51,234 nucleotides of DNA, taken from a virus (taxonomy: Duplodnaviria > Caudoviricetes). Position 1 is the stretch's first letter; each line of letters starts with the position of its first letter. The stretch spans positions 1 to 51,234 of IMG/VR virus record IMGVR_UViG_3300049433_000104. The stretch is one strand, 5' to 3'. The position numbers and the translations under genes are program-made. A model generated the notes under the pieces. That model did no database searches. It worked only from the letters and a program-made list of their open reading frames with translations, and was not told where the DNA came from. This document shows, piece after piece, positions 8,546 to 19,000 of this stretch.

Positions 8546-9153
8546 TACCGCACCGCCCGCTTTTTCGCAGGCTTCCGCTTTGCGGCCTTGCGCTTCGCAG
8601 GCGCCCGCTGCTGGCGAGCACGCCGACGAGCGGGCACGGCGGGAACCGCAACAGCTGGCGAGGTGGCAGGATCGACAATCGCCGCAAGTGCCGGCGTCGG
8701 AGTAGAGCCGTCCACGTTGTTGCTTTCGCCCGCCACCTTGACGGCCAATGCCGGGTCGATCGTGCCCGGCGCGGTTGTGGTGTGGTTGCGCAGATAATCC
8801 GTCAACCGGCCAAGCCCGAGAAAGATCAGCGGCGAATACTGCGCGGGCGAGAGGATCGCGCCATCGGCCCATGGCAACGGAATCGCCGGCAGTATCCCGT
8901 TCAAATCAATCCCGCCGCCGCCAAGCCATTCACCGATCGCGTTGATGGCCGGCACGGCGACGCCCAAGCCGTCCAGGAGCCGCGACAGCATCTTGGTTCG
9001 GAGGCCCTTGAACAGCACCAGCACCTTTGTGCCGAACGGCGCGACCTGCAGCTCGGGAGCGTGCTGGAGATAGTCGCGCCAGCGGATATAGACGGGATGC
9101 AGAATCCAGAAGCCGACCAGGACGGCGGCGAGCAGAGCAATGAGATAGATCAT
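8545..9153 (-). CDS. Membrane protein with a basic C-terminal tail (lysis region)
   Basis: N-terminal TM helix plus further hydrophobic segments; tail PAKRKAAKRKPAKKRAVR. Confidence 0.75.
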   Translation of the reverse strand: MIYLIALLAAVLVGFWILHPVYIRWRDYLQHAPELQVAPFGTKVLVLFKGLRTKMLSRLLDGLGVAVPAINAIGEWLGGGGIDLNGILPAIPLPWADGAILSPAQYSPLIFLGLGRLTDYLRNHTTTAPGTIDPALAVKVAGESNNVDGSTPTPALAAIVDPATSPAVAVPAVPARRRARQQRAPAKRKAAKRKPAKKRAVR

Positions 9154-9183
9154 GGTTGCACCTTTGTGATGGGGGTTGACTGA

Positions 9184-10698
9184 TCAGGCTGCGCGGCGGT
9201 GCGCAGTTCGTTTCTTGACGGCCGCCCGGCGCGCTGCGGGCTTGCGTGGCGCGCTGCGTTTCGGGGGGATGGGTTTGGCGGCCGGTTTGCGGGCGCGCGC
9301 CAGTGGCGGCGGCAGGGGCGGCGGCAGGGGCGGCAAAGCCGCTGCCGGAATACTCGTCGCGGCGGCTGTCCGGCGCGCTTTCCACCACGGCCAGACGTAG
9401 CGCCATGCCACATAGGCGAGCACGGCCAGCAGCACGATGCCGCCGGCCAGCATCGACCATTGCATCAGGCTCCAACCCTGCTTGACGCCGTGGGTTACGG
9501 CGCCGCCACCGGCCGCAGCCACAGCGATCTTTGCGAGGTCAGCGCCGCCGCCCTTCGCGGCCGGCGTCTCAGCTGCGAACTTCTTCGCCTCAACAAGCGC
9601 CTTGTCCCATCGGTTGATCAGGCCCTGCCGCAGATTCGGCCGGCCGGGCGCCACCTGGTCCTCGTAATGTTCACGCGCGGCGCGCAGCTTGTCGAGCAGT
9701 TCACCGGGCACGGCCTTTGACAGCGCGTCGCGGGTTTCGCGACCGACCGAACCATCGACGCCGACGCCAAGCGCAATCTGGAGGATCTTCGCCGCCCCTC
9801 CCGGCCCACGGTTGAAAACGCAATCGCGCAGGTAAAATTCGACGCCCGCATTCGTTGTCCAGCCTGCCGCCGCGTCCGTATACTTGACCATGTATTCGAC
9901 GGCCGAAGCTTCCGCTTCCGCGAACTGGCCGGCTTGAATGAGGGATCGAAGGTGTGACGCCTGCTCGGGGTGATATCGGTCGTTGATTCCGGCGACTTCA
10001 TAGGAGCCGCCACCGTCATTGGCCGGAAGCTTGTAAACCGCGAGCCTGCCCTGCGCGTCGCGCCGCGCCTCGAATGATAGGATCACGCGGCCCATGCGGG
10101 TCCGCCGATCGGTGGTATCGATCGGCTTTGCTGTCACCGTTGCGGCTACCGGCACGGCTTCCACCGGTGCCGCTCCGAAGATTGGCGGCATTGACTGCGG
10201 CTTGCGGCCGCCGTTGTCGACAAATTCGAAATGCATCCAGTCCGGACGGTTGACGTACCAGCCGCCCCACATGGCACCCTGCCGGCAGAACGCGTCCACG
10301 ATGAACGCCGGCATTGTCCCCTTTTTTACGCCAAGGGCATTGTTCAGCGCGTTCAGGTCGATCGCCGCAGCATATGCATGGTTCGACCATTTCATGGTAG
10401 ATCCCCGCACGTAACGAGAGTTATAAGCGCCGAAATATTTTGATGCGCCGGAAGCGTCGACTTTGGCTTGGTCGCGTCCGCAATAATCCCAAATCTCATT
10501 GAGCGCGGCGAGCAGCGCGGGCGCGCATTTGCGATGAAACAGAATCGATTTGATGACTTTTGTTCCGTGCTCGTCGGTATAGGTCATGCGAAATGGCGGC
10601 ACCACCGGCACCATTTGCGCTGTGATCTGGCCTTTGCCCGGATCGCCGTAAAAGGCGTTCCGAGACTCCTGATTGTCTTTCGGCCACGTCGTCGGCAT
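9184..10698 (-). CDS. Endolysin: M15 peptidase + GH108-like lysozyme/PG-binding domain + TM helix
   Basis: WSNHAYAAAIDLN and DWMHFE (M15). E...DGGG..AGI, FNRGPGGAAKILQIALGVGVDGSVGRET and GLINR (GH108/PG_binding_3-like). Confidence 0.85.
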   Translation of the reverse strand: MPTTWPKDNQESRNAFYGDPGKGQITAQMVPVVPPFRMTYTDEHGTKVIKSILFHRKCAPALLAALNEIWDYCGRDQAKVDASGASKYFGAYNSRYVRGSTMKWSNHAYAAAIDLNALNNALGVKKGTMPAFIVDAFCRQGAMWGGWYVNRPDWMHFEFVDNGGRKPQSMPPIFGAAPVEAVPVAATVTAKPIDTTDRRTRMGRVILSFEARRDAQGRLAVYKLPANDGGGSYEVAGINDRYHPEQASHLRSLIQAGQFAEAEASAVEYMVKYTDAAAGWTTNAGVEFYLRDCVFNRGPGGAAKILQIALGVGVDGSVGRETRDALSKAVPGELLDKLRAAREHYEDQVAPGRPNLRQGLINRWDKALVEAKKFAAETPAAKGGGADLAKIAVAAAGGGAVTHGVKQGWSLMQWSMLAGGIVLLAVLAYVAWRYVWPWWKARRTAAATSIPAAALPPLPPPLPPPLARARKPAAKPIPPKRSAPRKPAARRAAVKKRTAHRRAA

Positions 10699-10743
10699 GT
10701 GTGTTCTCCCAGGGGGTTGAAAAGCGAGTTGCGGGATTAGCGG

Positions 10744-11145
10744 CTATTCGGGCGCCATCACCGCCGCAGGGTCGGCGCCGATCGCCTGCAACACCTGCAG
10801 CATTTCAGGATCGTCAGCATTGACGACGGGCTGATCAGACGCGCGCCATCGTTCCGCTTGCCGCGTCGTGAGCAGCCCGAGCGCCTTGTCAAGTTGACCG
10901 TCAGTAAGCCGCGCGATGATCGTGCTCTTACGCACGCGATGGTAAGGCGGGACGTTGGCGTCGCGCAGCACCGCGATCAGATCGTCCATCGATGCAATGG
11001 GCGTGACGACGCCGCCGCGCTCCAGCCATGCGACATAATCCTGATCGGCTACATCGACCGACGCATCGCGCGCGCTGGAGTAAACGCGGCCCTTGTCGCC
11101 GCCGACAATCCAGTAGTGATCTTTCGGAAAGTAAAAAAACCTCAT
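10744..11145 (-). CDS. Putative tail fibre assembly chaperone
   Basis: Start reassigned to MRFFYFPKDHYW (ATGA overlap with the fibre gene); DYVAWLERGG motif; directly downstream of the fibre gene. Confidence 0.6.
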   Translation of the reverse strand: MRFFYFPKDHYWIVGGDKGRVYSSARDASVDVADQDYVAWLERGGVVTPIASMDDLIAVLRDANVPPYHRVRKSTIIARLTDGQLDKALGLLTTRQAERWRASDQPVVNADDPEMLQVLQAIGADPAAVMAPE

Positions 11146-12506
11146 TGATACCATCCCGGCGATGAAGTGCTTCCGGCCGAATTGCCGGGAAAATAGTTGA
11201 TGCCCGCGCCGCCGGTGATGATGCCGCCGCCGAAGTCGGCGCCAAAGCGCGGCCCGGTCCCGGACCCGGTGAAAGTGTTTCCGTTTACTTCCAGCGTGCC
11301 GCCATAAGTCGAGTAGGCAAAAGCACCGGAGAATGCCGGCGTGCCGGACAGGGTGACGGTAAGGCCAGCACAGACAATGATGCCGTCCTCTCGCGCCAGC
11401 CAGTGAATGCCCGTGCTTCCGCTGATGGTATAGGCGGCGGTAATCAAGATCAGCCCGCCGTAATAGCAAAACATGTGCTGACCGGAGCACGCGCCATATT
11501 CCATCTTGCCGGTGATGTTGAGCGTGGCCTTGTTGCTGACGTTGATGCCTTGGAAACCGCCAGTGATCTTGAATCCGCCGATGTTGAGTGTCGCGCGGTC
11601 GGACAGGATCACGGTGACGCCAGAGATAACCACGTTGGACGGCGTGACGGTGTCGCCCAAAAGCTGCACGGTGCCGCCGCCGATGAAGGGCGCGTTCAAA
11701 GTCACGAGGCCGGTATACGTGCCTGCCGCCACCTGGATGGTCACCGCGAATGTGTTGAGATCGAGCGCAGACACCACCGACAGCGCCTTACCGATCGTCA
11801 GGAACGCGCCACCGGCCGAGTTCACCAAGCCAGTATTGGGATCGCCGCCGTCCGTGCGGACGTAATAAGTGCGAGCGGCGGTTAGAACCTCACGCGCTGG
11901 CGCCGAAGGATCGTATAAAACTTCCCGCCAGTTGCCCGCAGAGTCCTGCTTATAGACGCCGATATCGTTGGCCGCGGTGACCCGGTTTCTTCCGCCTTTC
12001 AGGATCAGCTTTGTGGCATCGTGGATCAGCGTCGATCCGGAGTGCCGGACAATCCGGTATTGATCCCGCGTCGTTGAACCGAAGTCCGTGATCGGACCCG
12101 TGGTGCCGCTCAGCGCAACGAACAGGCCCTGAGCCGCGCCTATGTCGCAGGTGGCAGCAGAGACGACAGAAATTTCTAACGTGTTCAGGTGCACCATCGC
12201 CCGGCCGGGAACATCGACGAAAATCTCCCCGACCCCGCCGCTGGAAAAACTTACCGGCGCCCCGCCGTTCGAACTTTTATAGACCGCTGTTTGCGTGCAC
12301 GTCGTGCCGTTGTAGGTCCACAAGCCGATCGACTCTTCGCCCGTTCCCAAGGTCCGCCCCGTCCCCCAGAACGTGTCGCCGGCTGCATACTTCGAATTTA
12401 ACGGGTGCGATTCCTGCGCAGCACCGCCCAACGTTACCGTTGTCGAGTTCGCGCCGATAAACGTCTCCCGGATATTGTCGCAATCTTTAACCTGAAATAT
12501 CGCCAT
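11142..12506 (-). CDS. Tail fibre/spike (receptor-binding) protein
   Basis: Gly/Thr-rich; TYYVRTDGGD..TG...AFLTIGKA...IQVAAGTY lead-in typical of a beta-helix. Confidence 0.8.
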   Translation of the reverse strand: MAIFQVKDCDNIRETFIGANSTTVTLGGAAQESHPLNSKYAAGDTFWGTGRTLGTGEESIGLWTYNGTTCTQTAVYKSSNGGAPVSFSSGGVGEIFVDVPGRAMVHLNTLEISVVSAATCDIGAAQGLFVALSGTTGPITDFGSTTRDQYRIVRHSGSTLIHDATKLILKGGRNRVTAANDIGVYKQDSAGNWREVLYDPSAPAREVLTAARTYYVRTDGGDPNTGLVNSAGGAFLTIGKALSVVSALDLNTFAVTIQVAAGTYTGLVTLNAPFIGGGTVQLLGDTVTPSNVVISGVTVILSDRATLNIGGFKITGGFQGINVSNKATLNITGKMEYGACSGQHMFCYYGGLILITAAYTISGSTGIHWLAREDGIIVCAGLTVTLSGTPAFSGAFAYSTYGGTLEVNGNTFTGSGTGPRFGADFGGGIITGGAGINYFPGNSAGSTSSPGWYQ

Positions 12507-12560
12507 GCATCAGCGTCCGCGCAGAGCACGGGCGTCCCTTACGTGTCTGGAGAGGTTGAG

Positions 12561-13373
12561 CTAGACCAATTCGTCGATTGTCACGGGAGCGGAGTACATC
12601 GGTCCGCCGTCAAAGCCTGCGATCGACGCAACCGGCACGTCGTCCTGAATTAGGCCAAAGATCGTATCCCGCCCGAGATTTGAACTGGAGGGGTCCAGGA
12701 TCAAAAGAAGTGGCGTTGATCTTCCGTTGGTCATCCCGATCGCCTGGAAAACCGACCAGCGCTGCGCTTCCGTCAAACACCCGACAGTGAGAACACAGCG
12801 CCGGTACTTCGGACCATGCCCGATGATGTTGGTTGTGCCGCCCGCCGTTTTCTTCTGCTCGCACGGGTCGATGGGATAGAACTGATGGCCATAGTCGAAG
12901 TTGTTTTTCAGCTGTGTCCGCGTCGAAATGAACAGGTATCCCCCTTCGATATAGGTCAGCGACGTATCCGTCAGGTCGACCTTGACCGCTTTCCATCCTG
13001 TCATGACGGATGGCGCGAGAATGACCGCATCTTCATAAAGCGGATCGACTTGACCGGCTGCACTCGTCGGGTTCGAGTCCCATATGACGTTGGTATTCGC
13101 TGCAGCGTCCGCCGAAGTCGGGAAGAGCCGCACCCGAACAATGCCGGCCGCCGTGAGATTGGTTCCTAGAATATCGAACGTGTCGGCCGACTGATTTGTC
13201 AGATAGACTTCGGTAAAGCTTTGCGAGTTGCCCGGCGCGCTGCGCCAGTGGCGGATCACGTCTTTTTGCTGCAGCAACGTGATCGGCATAGCCGATGCGG
13301 CGCTGGTCGCCGTCAGCGTTCCGTTGCCGGCGATGTTGGCCCATGCGGCTGAGATGTTGAACGGTGCTGTCAT
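12561..13373 (-). CDS. Phage tail tip / distal tail-like protein
   Basis: 270-aa beta-rich ORF within the tail operon. Confidence 0.65.
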   Translation of the reverse strand: MTAPFNISAAWANIAGNGTLTATSAASAMPITLLQQKDVIRHWRSAPGNSQSFTEVYLTNQSADTFDILGTNLTAAGIVRVRLFPTSADAAANTNVIWDSNPTSAAGQVDPLYEDAVILAPSVMTGWKAVKVDLTDTSLTYIEGGYLFISTRTQLKNNFDYGHQFYPIDPCEQKKTAGGTTNIIGHGPKYRRCVLTVGCLTEAQRWSVFQAIGMTNGRSTPLLLILDPSSSNLGRDTIFGLIQDDVPVASIAGFDGGPMYSAPVTIDELV

Positions 13374-13376
13374 CGA

Positions 13377-14405
13377 TCAAGCCATAATTTCAGAGACGCG
13401 CTGCAAATCCCTCATCACCGAAAGGAACTTGAAGCCCCCGCCAGTGCCGCCAATGGTCAAGGTTGCTGTGTTCAGGGATGGCCCGAGACGAAGCCAAAAA
13501 CTTTGCTGCGTGATCGCGCGCGCGTTCTGAATGTGCACAACATGAATTTGCTCTAACCCGTTCACGCTGGCCATATATTTTGCAGTAGCGGCGCGGGCGT
13601 CCGTTTCGCTGTTGAGGAATATCGCTGCAACGGTGTGGATCGCGGCCGTGTCCGATGCCACGTTCGCCATAAATTCCACCATCAGCACATTCGCCTTTGA
13701 CCGCGGCGTGGTCTGAACGATGCCATACGCCACACCTTCACTGCTTTGCGGGATCGTGTTGTCGAACGGGATCGCCGTGCTGGTCGTGCTCAACCCGCCT
13801 ATGTTGACCGCGACCGAAACCAGATCGCCCGGCAATTTCATGCCGGGGCCGAACATCTGAATTATGTCAGGCGCGGTGTCCCATGTTCCCGGCGTGGTCA
13901 GGCCAGAACTCCATTCCAGAAACCCGACGATGCGAAATGGCTTCGACGTTACCGCGACCGTTGAATAGATCGTGCCCTGAACATCGGCCCCGCCAGCGCC
14001 GCCCTCAGCGACCGAAGAGTCCACTCCATATTCAACGAGCGCGCGGACCGGCGCGACCGTGGTACACAGCACCGCGCCAAGCCGGAATGTCCCCGCATCG
14101 TCGAAAAGCAGTATCCAAACCCGAAAAGGCGTCGGCGCCGCGAACAGGCCCGAATTGATAACCCCGAGAGTTGATCCAGGCGTGGCGACGAAGCTTGGCG
14201 AAGTCGTGATCTGGCGGCCTTCGAACAGCGCGCCGCCGCCGGCCGTTTGCGGCATCGCCGTATACAGCGGAGCGACCGCGCTTGGGCTAGTGCCGTCCGC
14301 CGCCTGAATTGCAACAGTGAGCGCATTCGCGGCCACCGTGGCGGCCAGCTTACCTCTCGGAATCGAATACGAGGTCACCCCCGACGACTGATCGAGCGAT
14401 GCCAT
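13377..14405 (-). CDS. Minor tail / fibre-like protein
   Basis: Start likely MASLDQ; TAIPFDNTIPQSSEG motif reminiscent of phage fibre proteins; within the tail operon. Confidence 0.6.
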   Translation of the reverse strand: MASLDQSSGVTSYSIPRGKLAATVAANALTVAIQAADGTSPSAVAPLYTAMPQTAGGGALFEGRQITTSPSFVATPGSTLGVINSGLFAAPTPFRVWILLFDDAGTFRLGAVLCTTVAPVRALVEYGVDSSVAEGGAGGADVQGTIYSTVAVTSKPFRIVGFLEWSSGLTTPGTWDTAPDIIQMFGPGMKLPGDLVSVAVNIGGLSTTSTAIPFDNTIPQSSEGVAYGIVQTTPRSKANVLMVEFMANVASDTAAIHTVAAIFLNSETDARAATAKYMASVNGLEQIHVVHIQNARAITQQSFWLRLGPSLNTATLTIGGTGGGFKFLSVMRDLQRVSEIMA

Positions 14406-14406
14406 C

Positions 14407-16065
14407 TCAGCGCATCCCTTCGACAGAAACAACGCCGTCATCAAACCCGTTATCTATTTCGACAACGGTCAGAGGCGTCGGCGTGGAAAGCCCATAGCGC
14501 GGCGTAAGGGTCGTGTCGGTCAGTCTCTCCACCGCTCCCATTGCAAGCACGAATGCCGCCGGCGTCATGTCGGCCCGGAAGAGAGACCGTGGCGCGCCTC
14601 CTTTGAGAACCAGAACGCGGTTGCATTCCGGGATTGCGTCGGACTCGTTCACGAAGAACGACTGTATGACTGCGGAATCCGTCGAGTTCTGATAAGCCGC
14701 GACGATGGCGGCGCTTGTGACCGCGTCGTTTGATGCTGCAATCGAATACGGCTCTTTGACCAGCGTCGCGGTGCCGGCGTCCACCTTCGCGTCAATGTCG
14801 GGTTGAATGGTCCAGTTGCGGCCCCATGCCGCGAACACACGTTTCGGCGGCACGGCGTAGCTGGAAGGAAGCGCCACGGATTTAACTTCGCCGTACCAAT
14901 CGACCGCCGTGAAGTCGCCGACGACAGCGCCGATCGGCAGTGTGAAGATGCCGATATTAAACGAGCGGTCAGCCCGGAAGCCGCCAAAGCCGCCGATACC
15001 GTCCAGCAATTCGTCGATGGCCTCGCGCTGTGTCTTGTTGTCGTCCGCGACGATGACGTAAGCGATAGGCGCCGGTTGCGCCGCCTTCACCGCGAGGATC
15101 GAGGCCGTATCAACCACGACGTTCGCGCCCGAGACGGTGATCAGGTAATGTATAATGCTCGCCGTGTCGGTCAGCGCCGTCCCCGCGATCGGCGATCCCG
15201 CCACAAGGCCGTTGCTCACGGCGCCGCCGACCAAATTGACGGTGACTTCACCATCCGGCTTTGCGGCGAGCCTCACACAGCTAAGAGCGCTACAGGTTGC
15301 CCAAGTGCCCGGCGTGATGGTGCCCGCGATCAGGGCGGCATAGTTCGGATAATCCGGCACCGCATTGACGTTCATCTGAACGCGGCGATCGTAAGCATGC
15401 GAGACGCCGACGCTCGGGCCATCGCTGTATTGAAAGACCAGGTTGACTTCGTCGATCAGGAGACACGGCACATTGTCCGCGGGGCCAAACGCCAGCTGCT
15501 TGCGCTTGCCCTTGACGTTGGCGTCGCCGTCGATGCCGCCCGTGCCGCCATAGACGTTCGGCAAGGCCGGAATTTCCAGACGCTTGTTGTCATCCTTGAA
15601 GTTGATGATCAGCAGATCGCCGTCACACTCTGGTTTTCCGTCAGCAAGGCCAACCACAACGTTGACGAAACGGTCATAGGAGATGCCGCGCCAGCCGATC
15701 TTCACGGTTACCAGCGCGCCATCAAGCGGCGCTGCTAAAAGATAGTCGTATTCCCCGCTTTGGTTGTTGAGGTGCAGCGGACCGACTGCCGTTGACATGC
15801 CCCCGAACCCATCGCCGGTTTTGATCGACCACTTGAACGACGGCGCTTTCGCCAGCGTGCCGTTGAACGGGATCGAGGGACGCGAGTCCGTGATCAGCGT
15901 CGTGTATTGTTCCGTGCCGACGAAAACCGGAGCGCCCGTCGCCGGAGTAATTTCAGCCGTATAGATGATCACAGAATTGACGCCAGCCGCCATCGTCGCG
16001 ACCAGCGGACGGCTGATTAAAAACGATATCGGGCGGCGGCCCATCGGTCCGAATGACATTGGCAT
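14407..16065 (-). CDS. Phage tail tip/hub protein
   Basis: 552 aa directly after the tape measure gene; YGGTGGIDG..VKGKRKQLAFG..NVP motif. Confidence 0.7.
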   Translation of the reverse strand: MPMSFGPMGRRPISFLISRPLVATMAAGVNSVIIYTAEITPATGAPVFVGTEQYTTLITDSRPSIPFNGTLAKAPSFKWSIKTGDGFGGMSTAVGPLHLNNQSGEYDYLLAAPLDGALVTVKIGWRGISYDRFVNVVVGLADGKPECDGDLLIINFKDDNKRLEIPALPNVYGGTGGIDGDANVKGKRKQLAFGPADNVPCLLIDEVNLVFQYSDGPSVGVSHAYDRRVQMNVNAVPDYPNYAALIAGTITPGTWATCSALSCVRLAAKPDGEVTVNLVGGAVSNGLVAGSPIAGTALTDTASIIHYLITVSGANVVVDTASILAVKAAQPAPIAYVIVADDNKTQREAIDELLDGIGGFGGFRADRSFNIGIFTLPIGAVVGDFTAVDWYGEVKSVALPSSYAVPPKRVFAAWGRNWTIQPDIDAKVDAGTATLVKEPYSIAASNDAVTSAAIVAAYQNSTDSAVIQSFFVNESDAIPECNRVLVLKGGAPRSLFRADMTPAAFVLAMGAVERLTDTTLTPRYGLSTPTPLTVVEIDNGFDDGVVSVEGMR

Positions 16066-19000
16066 CAGGCAGCCGCCGATACTTCTTTTGCCGCCTGCGT
16101 GGTCGCATAGGCGATGCGCCGGCCGCTCTTGTCCACGGCTCCGATCTGTTCATCCGATTTCTTGACGATCGTCTGTGCGATCTGATTGCCGCTGCCCGAG
16201 ACCACCTGCTGCAGTCGCTGTAGTTCGGCCTTGACTTCGCGCAACTCGGCAATCAGCGCGGCATTGCCATTGTCGCTAGCAACACCGCGGAACGATGGCG
16301 GCGCGGAAACATTGACCGCGCGGAAATTATCGTTCTGCGGAAGCCTTCCGCTGTTGATCATGTCCATGATCCCTGCGCCGTAGTCTCGCGTCAGGCGATC
16401 GGTGGCATATGGATTGACGATGAACTCTTTTTGCTGCGCGAGAATGCGGACGCTGTCGACGCCCGGGATTCCACCCCTTACCCAACCGCCCGTGGCGTAC
16501 ACGCCGATACCAGCGTGACCGTGAGCCAGCGTTCCATCGGATTGTTTATATGCCGTATTACTGGCGATGGCATAAGTGTTATAAACAATCTTATTTAGTG
16601 CAGTGACTACCTGATTGTTAAGAACACCAGGAGGCAAGCCGCCGCCAGCGGAAGGCGCACCCAAATTACCGGCGGGCGTGCCGATATTCACGCTAACAGC
16701 GGTCGGTGTGAGTGCGTCCTTCAGTAGCGTCAGTTGCGTGTTCGCCGTCCCCTGCAACGTCTGGATCGCCGTAAGTATCGTGTTGCCGCCACCCGTCAAC
16801 TCGTTGTTGGTGCCGGTCAGCGCGTTGTTGGTATCCGCCCGGATGCGAACCTGATCGACGCTCAGGTTCGTGTTCGCGGTGTTCTGCGCCGCAAGCGCTG
16901 TTGAGCCGACCATATTGGTTGTGGTCAGGACGAGAGACGCCAGTCGGCCGCTCGGGTCGATTTGATTGAAGTAAGCCGCCAGCGCGCCTGCCACATTGGT
17001 GGCGTTACCGGCGTTCACGGCGGGCAGAATTTGTTGCGTCAGCGCTCCGGTTCCTGAATTTACCGCGCCCGTGGTCCCGGCCTGCACAGCGCTGAGATTG
17101 TTGAAATACGCGGCAAGATTTGAGGCCACCGCGACGGCGCTGCCTGCGTTCACTGCCGGCAGGATCACGCCGTTCAGGGTGGTGGTGCCTGCATTTACTC
17201 CGCTGGTGATGGCGGTGTTCGCCGCGTTCACCGCGCCCGTGGTCCCGCCCGCCGTGGCATTGAGCAGGTTCAGCACCTGGTTGCTGATGTTGATTGCCGT
17301 CAGCACGTCGCGCATCACTTGCACGGTGGAATCGGTCGTCTGCTGTACCGCGGGCAACGATAGAAGCTGAGCCGTGACGTTCTGGAAGATCAATTGATAG
17401 CCGGTCGACGAGGCGTAGACGGCCCGCGCGGCGTCCAGCAGGTTTTGCGCGTCGGTGGTGATGCGCCCTTGCGCTCCAATGTCCCCGGTTTGCGCCAGCG
17501 CCAGCGTCGCGTTGTAGGCCGTCTGACTGGCGGCGAGACGTGCGGTCGGCGAAAGCGGCGAGTTCGCGCCAGCGGTCAAGCCGCTGATGAACTCCACGAT
17601 TGTTTTCGCCGTACCGTTGATGGAATCCTGCAGCTGCTTTGCCGACGAGGCCACGTCGGCGGTTGCTTCGACCACCACGCCGGCAAGATCGGGAAACTGT
17701 TTTTTGAAACCGGTAAACGCATCGCCGACCAGGTTAGCCGAATTTACGATCTGCTGTGCTTCGGCCTTGAAGGTTGCGGCGACCAGCGCAGGATCGGTTC
17801 CTAGCGAAGCCGCGTCGAGCAAGTCCTGCTGGTGCTGCGCGATCAGCTTCGTGGCGTCGTTGATGAACGATTGCCCGTTCGCCGTGTTGAGCCGTTCGGT
17901 CAGCCCGGCCTCGAATTGCGTCTTGAGGCTGGAGATAGCCTTGCTCACGCCGTCGTTGATTGCCTTGGCGGCATCCGTCGACGACATGCCCAGCTGGACC
18001 AGCGCGCCTTGCAGGGCGTTTGCCGTGCCCTGGATTTGGGACAAGCCGGTCTGGACTGGCGTCAGCGCGGCCGGCGTCTGCAGCAACGATAGGAGGTAGG
18101 ACTGCGAAGCGGTGCGAGCCTGTTCGAACTTCACGCCGTCGATCGACGCGCCGGCTCCGATCGCCGTGTTCGCGTCATCGATAAAGGCCAGTGCGGTGTT
18201 CAGCGCCGTCCTGGTCGTGTTCACCGCTTTGAGGAACGGGGAATCCTGACCAAGGCCATCCGAGAAGCCCTTGACCATCGCGGCGAAGGTCGACTGGAAC
18301 AACCTCTTTTGGCTGTCTGAGAAATTCTGCAGGCCGGCGCGCGCGGCGTTGATCGCGGCGGTGTCGCGGGCGTCCCAAGCCTCTTTTTCGAATGCGGCTT
18401 CCCGCGATGCCGCGTCCTGAATGCGGGAGACCAGGTCGCCTTGCACGCCGCCGGACATTTCGGTCAGGAACTTTTGGAACGCAGGCCCGGCTTCCACCCA
18501 GGTCTGTTTCGCCTTTTTGACCTTTTCTTCACCGCCACTGGCGGACGACATAAGCCCGATGCCGACGAGGATCGCCGTGATGGCCGCGATCGGTCCCCAA
18601 ATCGCCTGCCCGGCCGCAGCACCGCCAGCGGTCAGAACCGTCGCAGCCCCAACGGAGTCGAATACCAGGATGGTCCCCGCCGCAGCCCCGCCGCCCGCCA
18701 GCTCAGCAGCCGCAGCCGCGGCGCCGATCGGCAACTCCACCGCGGGAAGGCCCAGCGCCGCCGCAGCGGACGCGCCACCGGCCGCCAGCGCGGCACCAGC
18801 AGCCGTACCAGCGGCGGTCAGGGCAGCCGCCGCAGACGCCCCGCCAGCCGTGAGGGCGGCGGCCCCGCTCGCACCACCGACGCCGCCCGTCAGGCTGCTG
18901 GTGACCGCGCCAAGCCCGGCCGTGACCAGCGTATTGAGGCCGGCGTCGATCAGCTTCTGGCCAAGGTTTACGGCCGCAGCCGAAACGGAATCCAGCAGCG

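Noticed and set aside
10744-14405. Diversity-generating retroelement acting on the tail fibres
   Set aside because: No reverse transcriptase ORF, and no TR/VR pair with adenine-specific mismatches was noticed.
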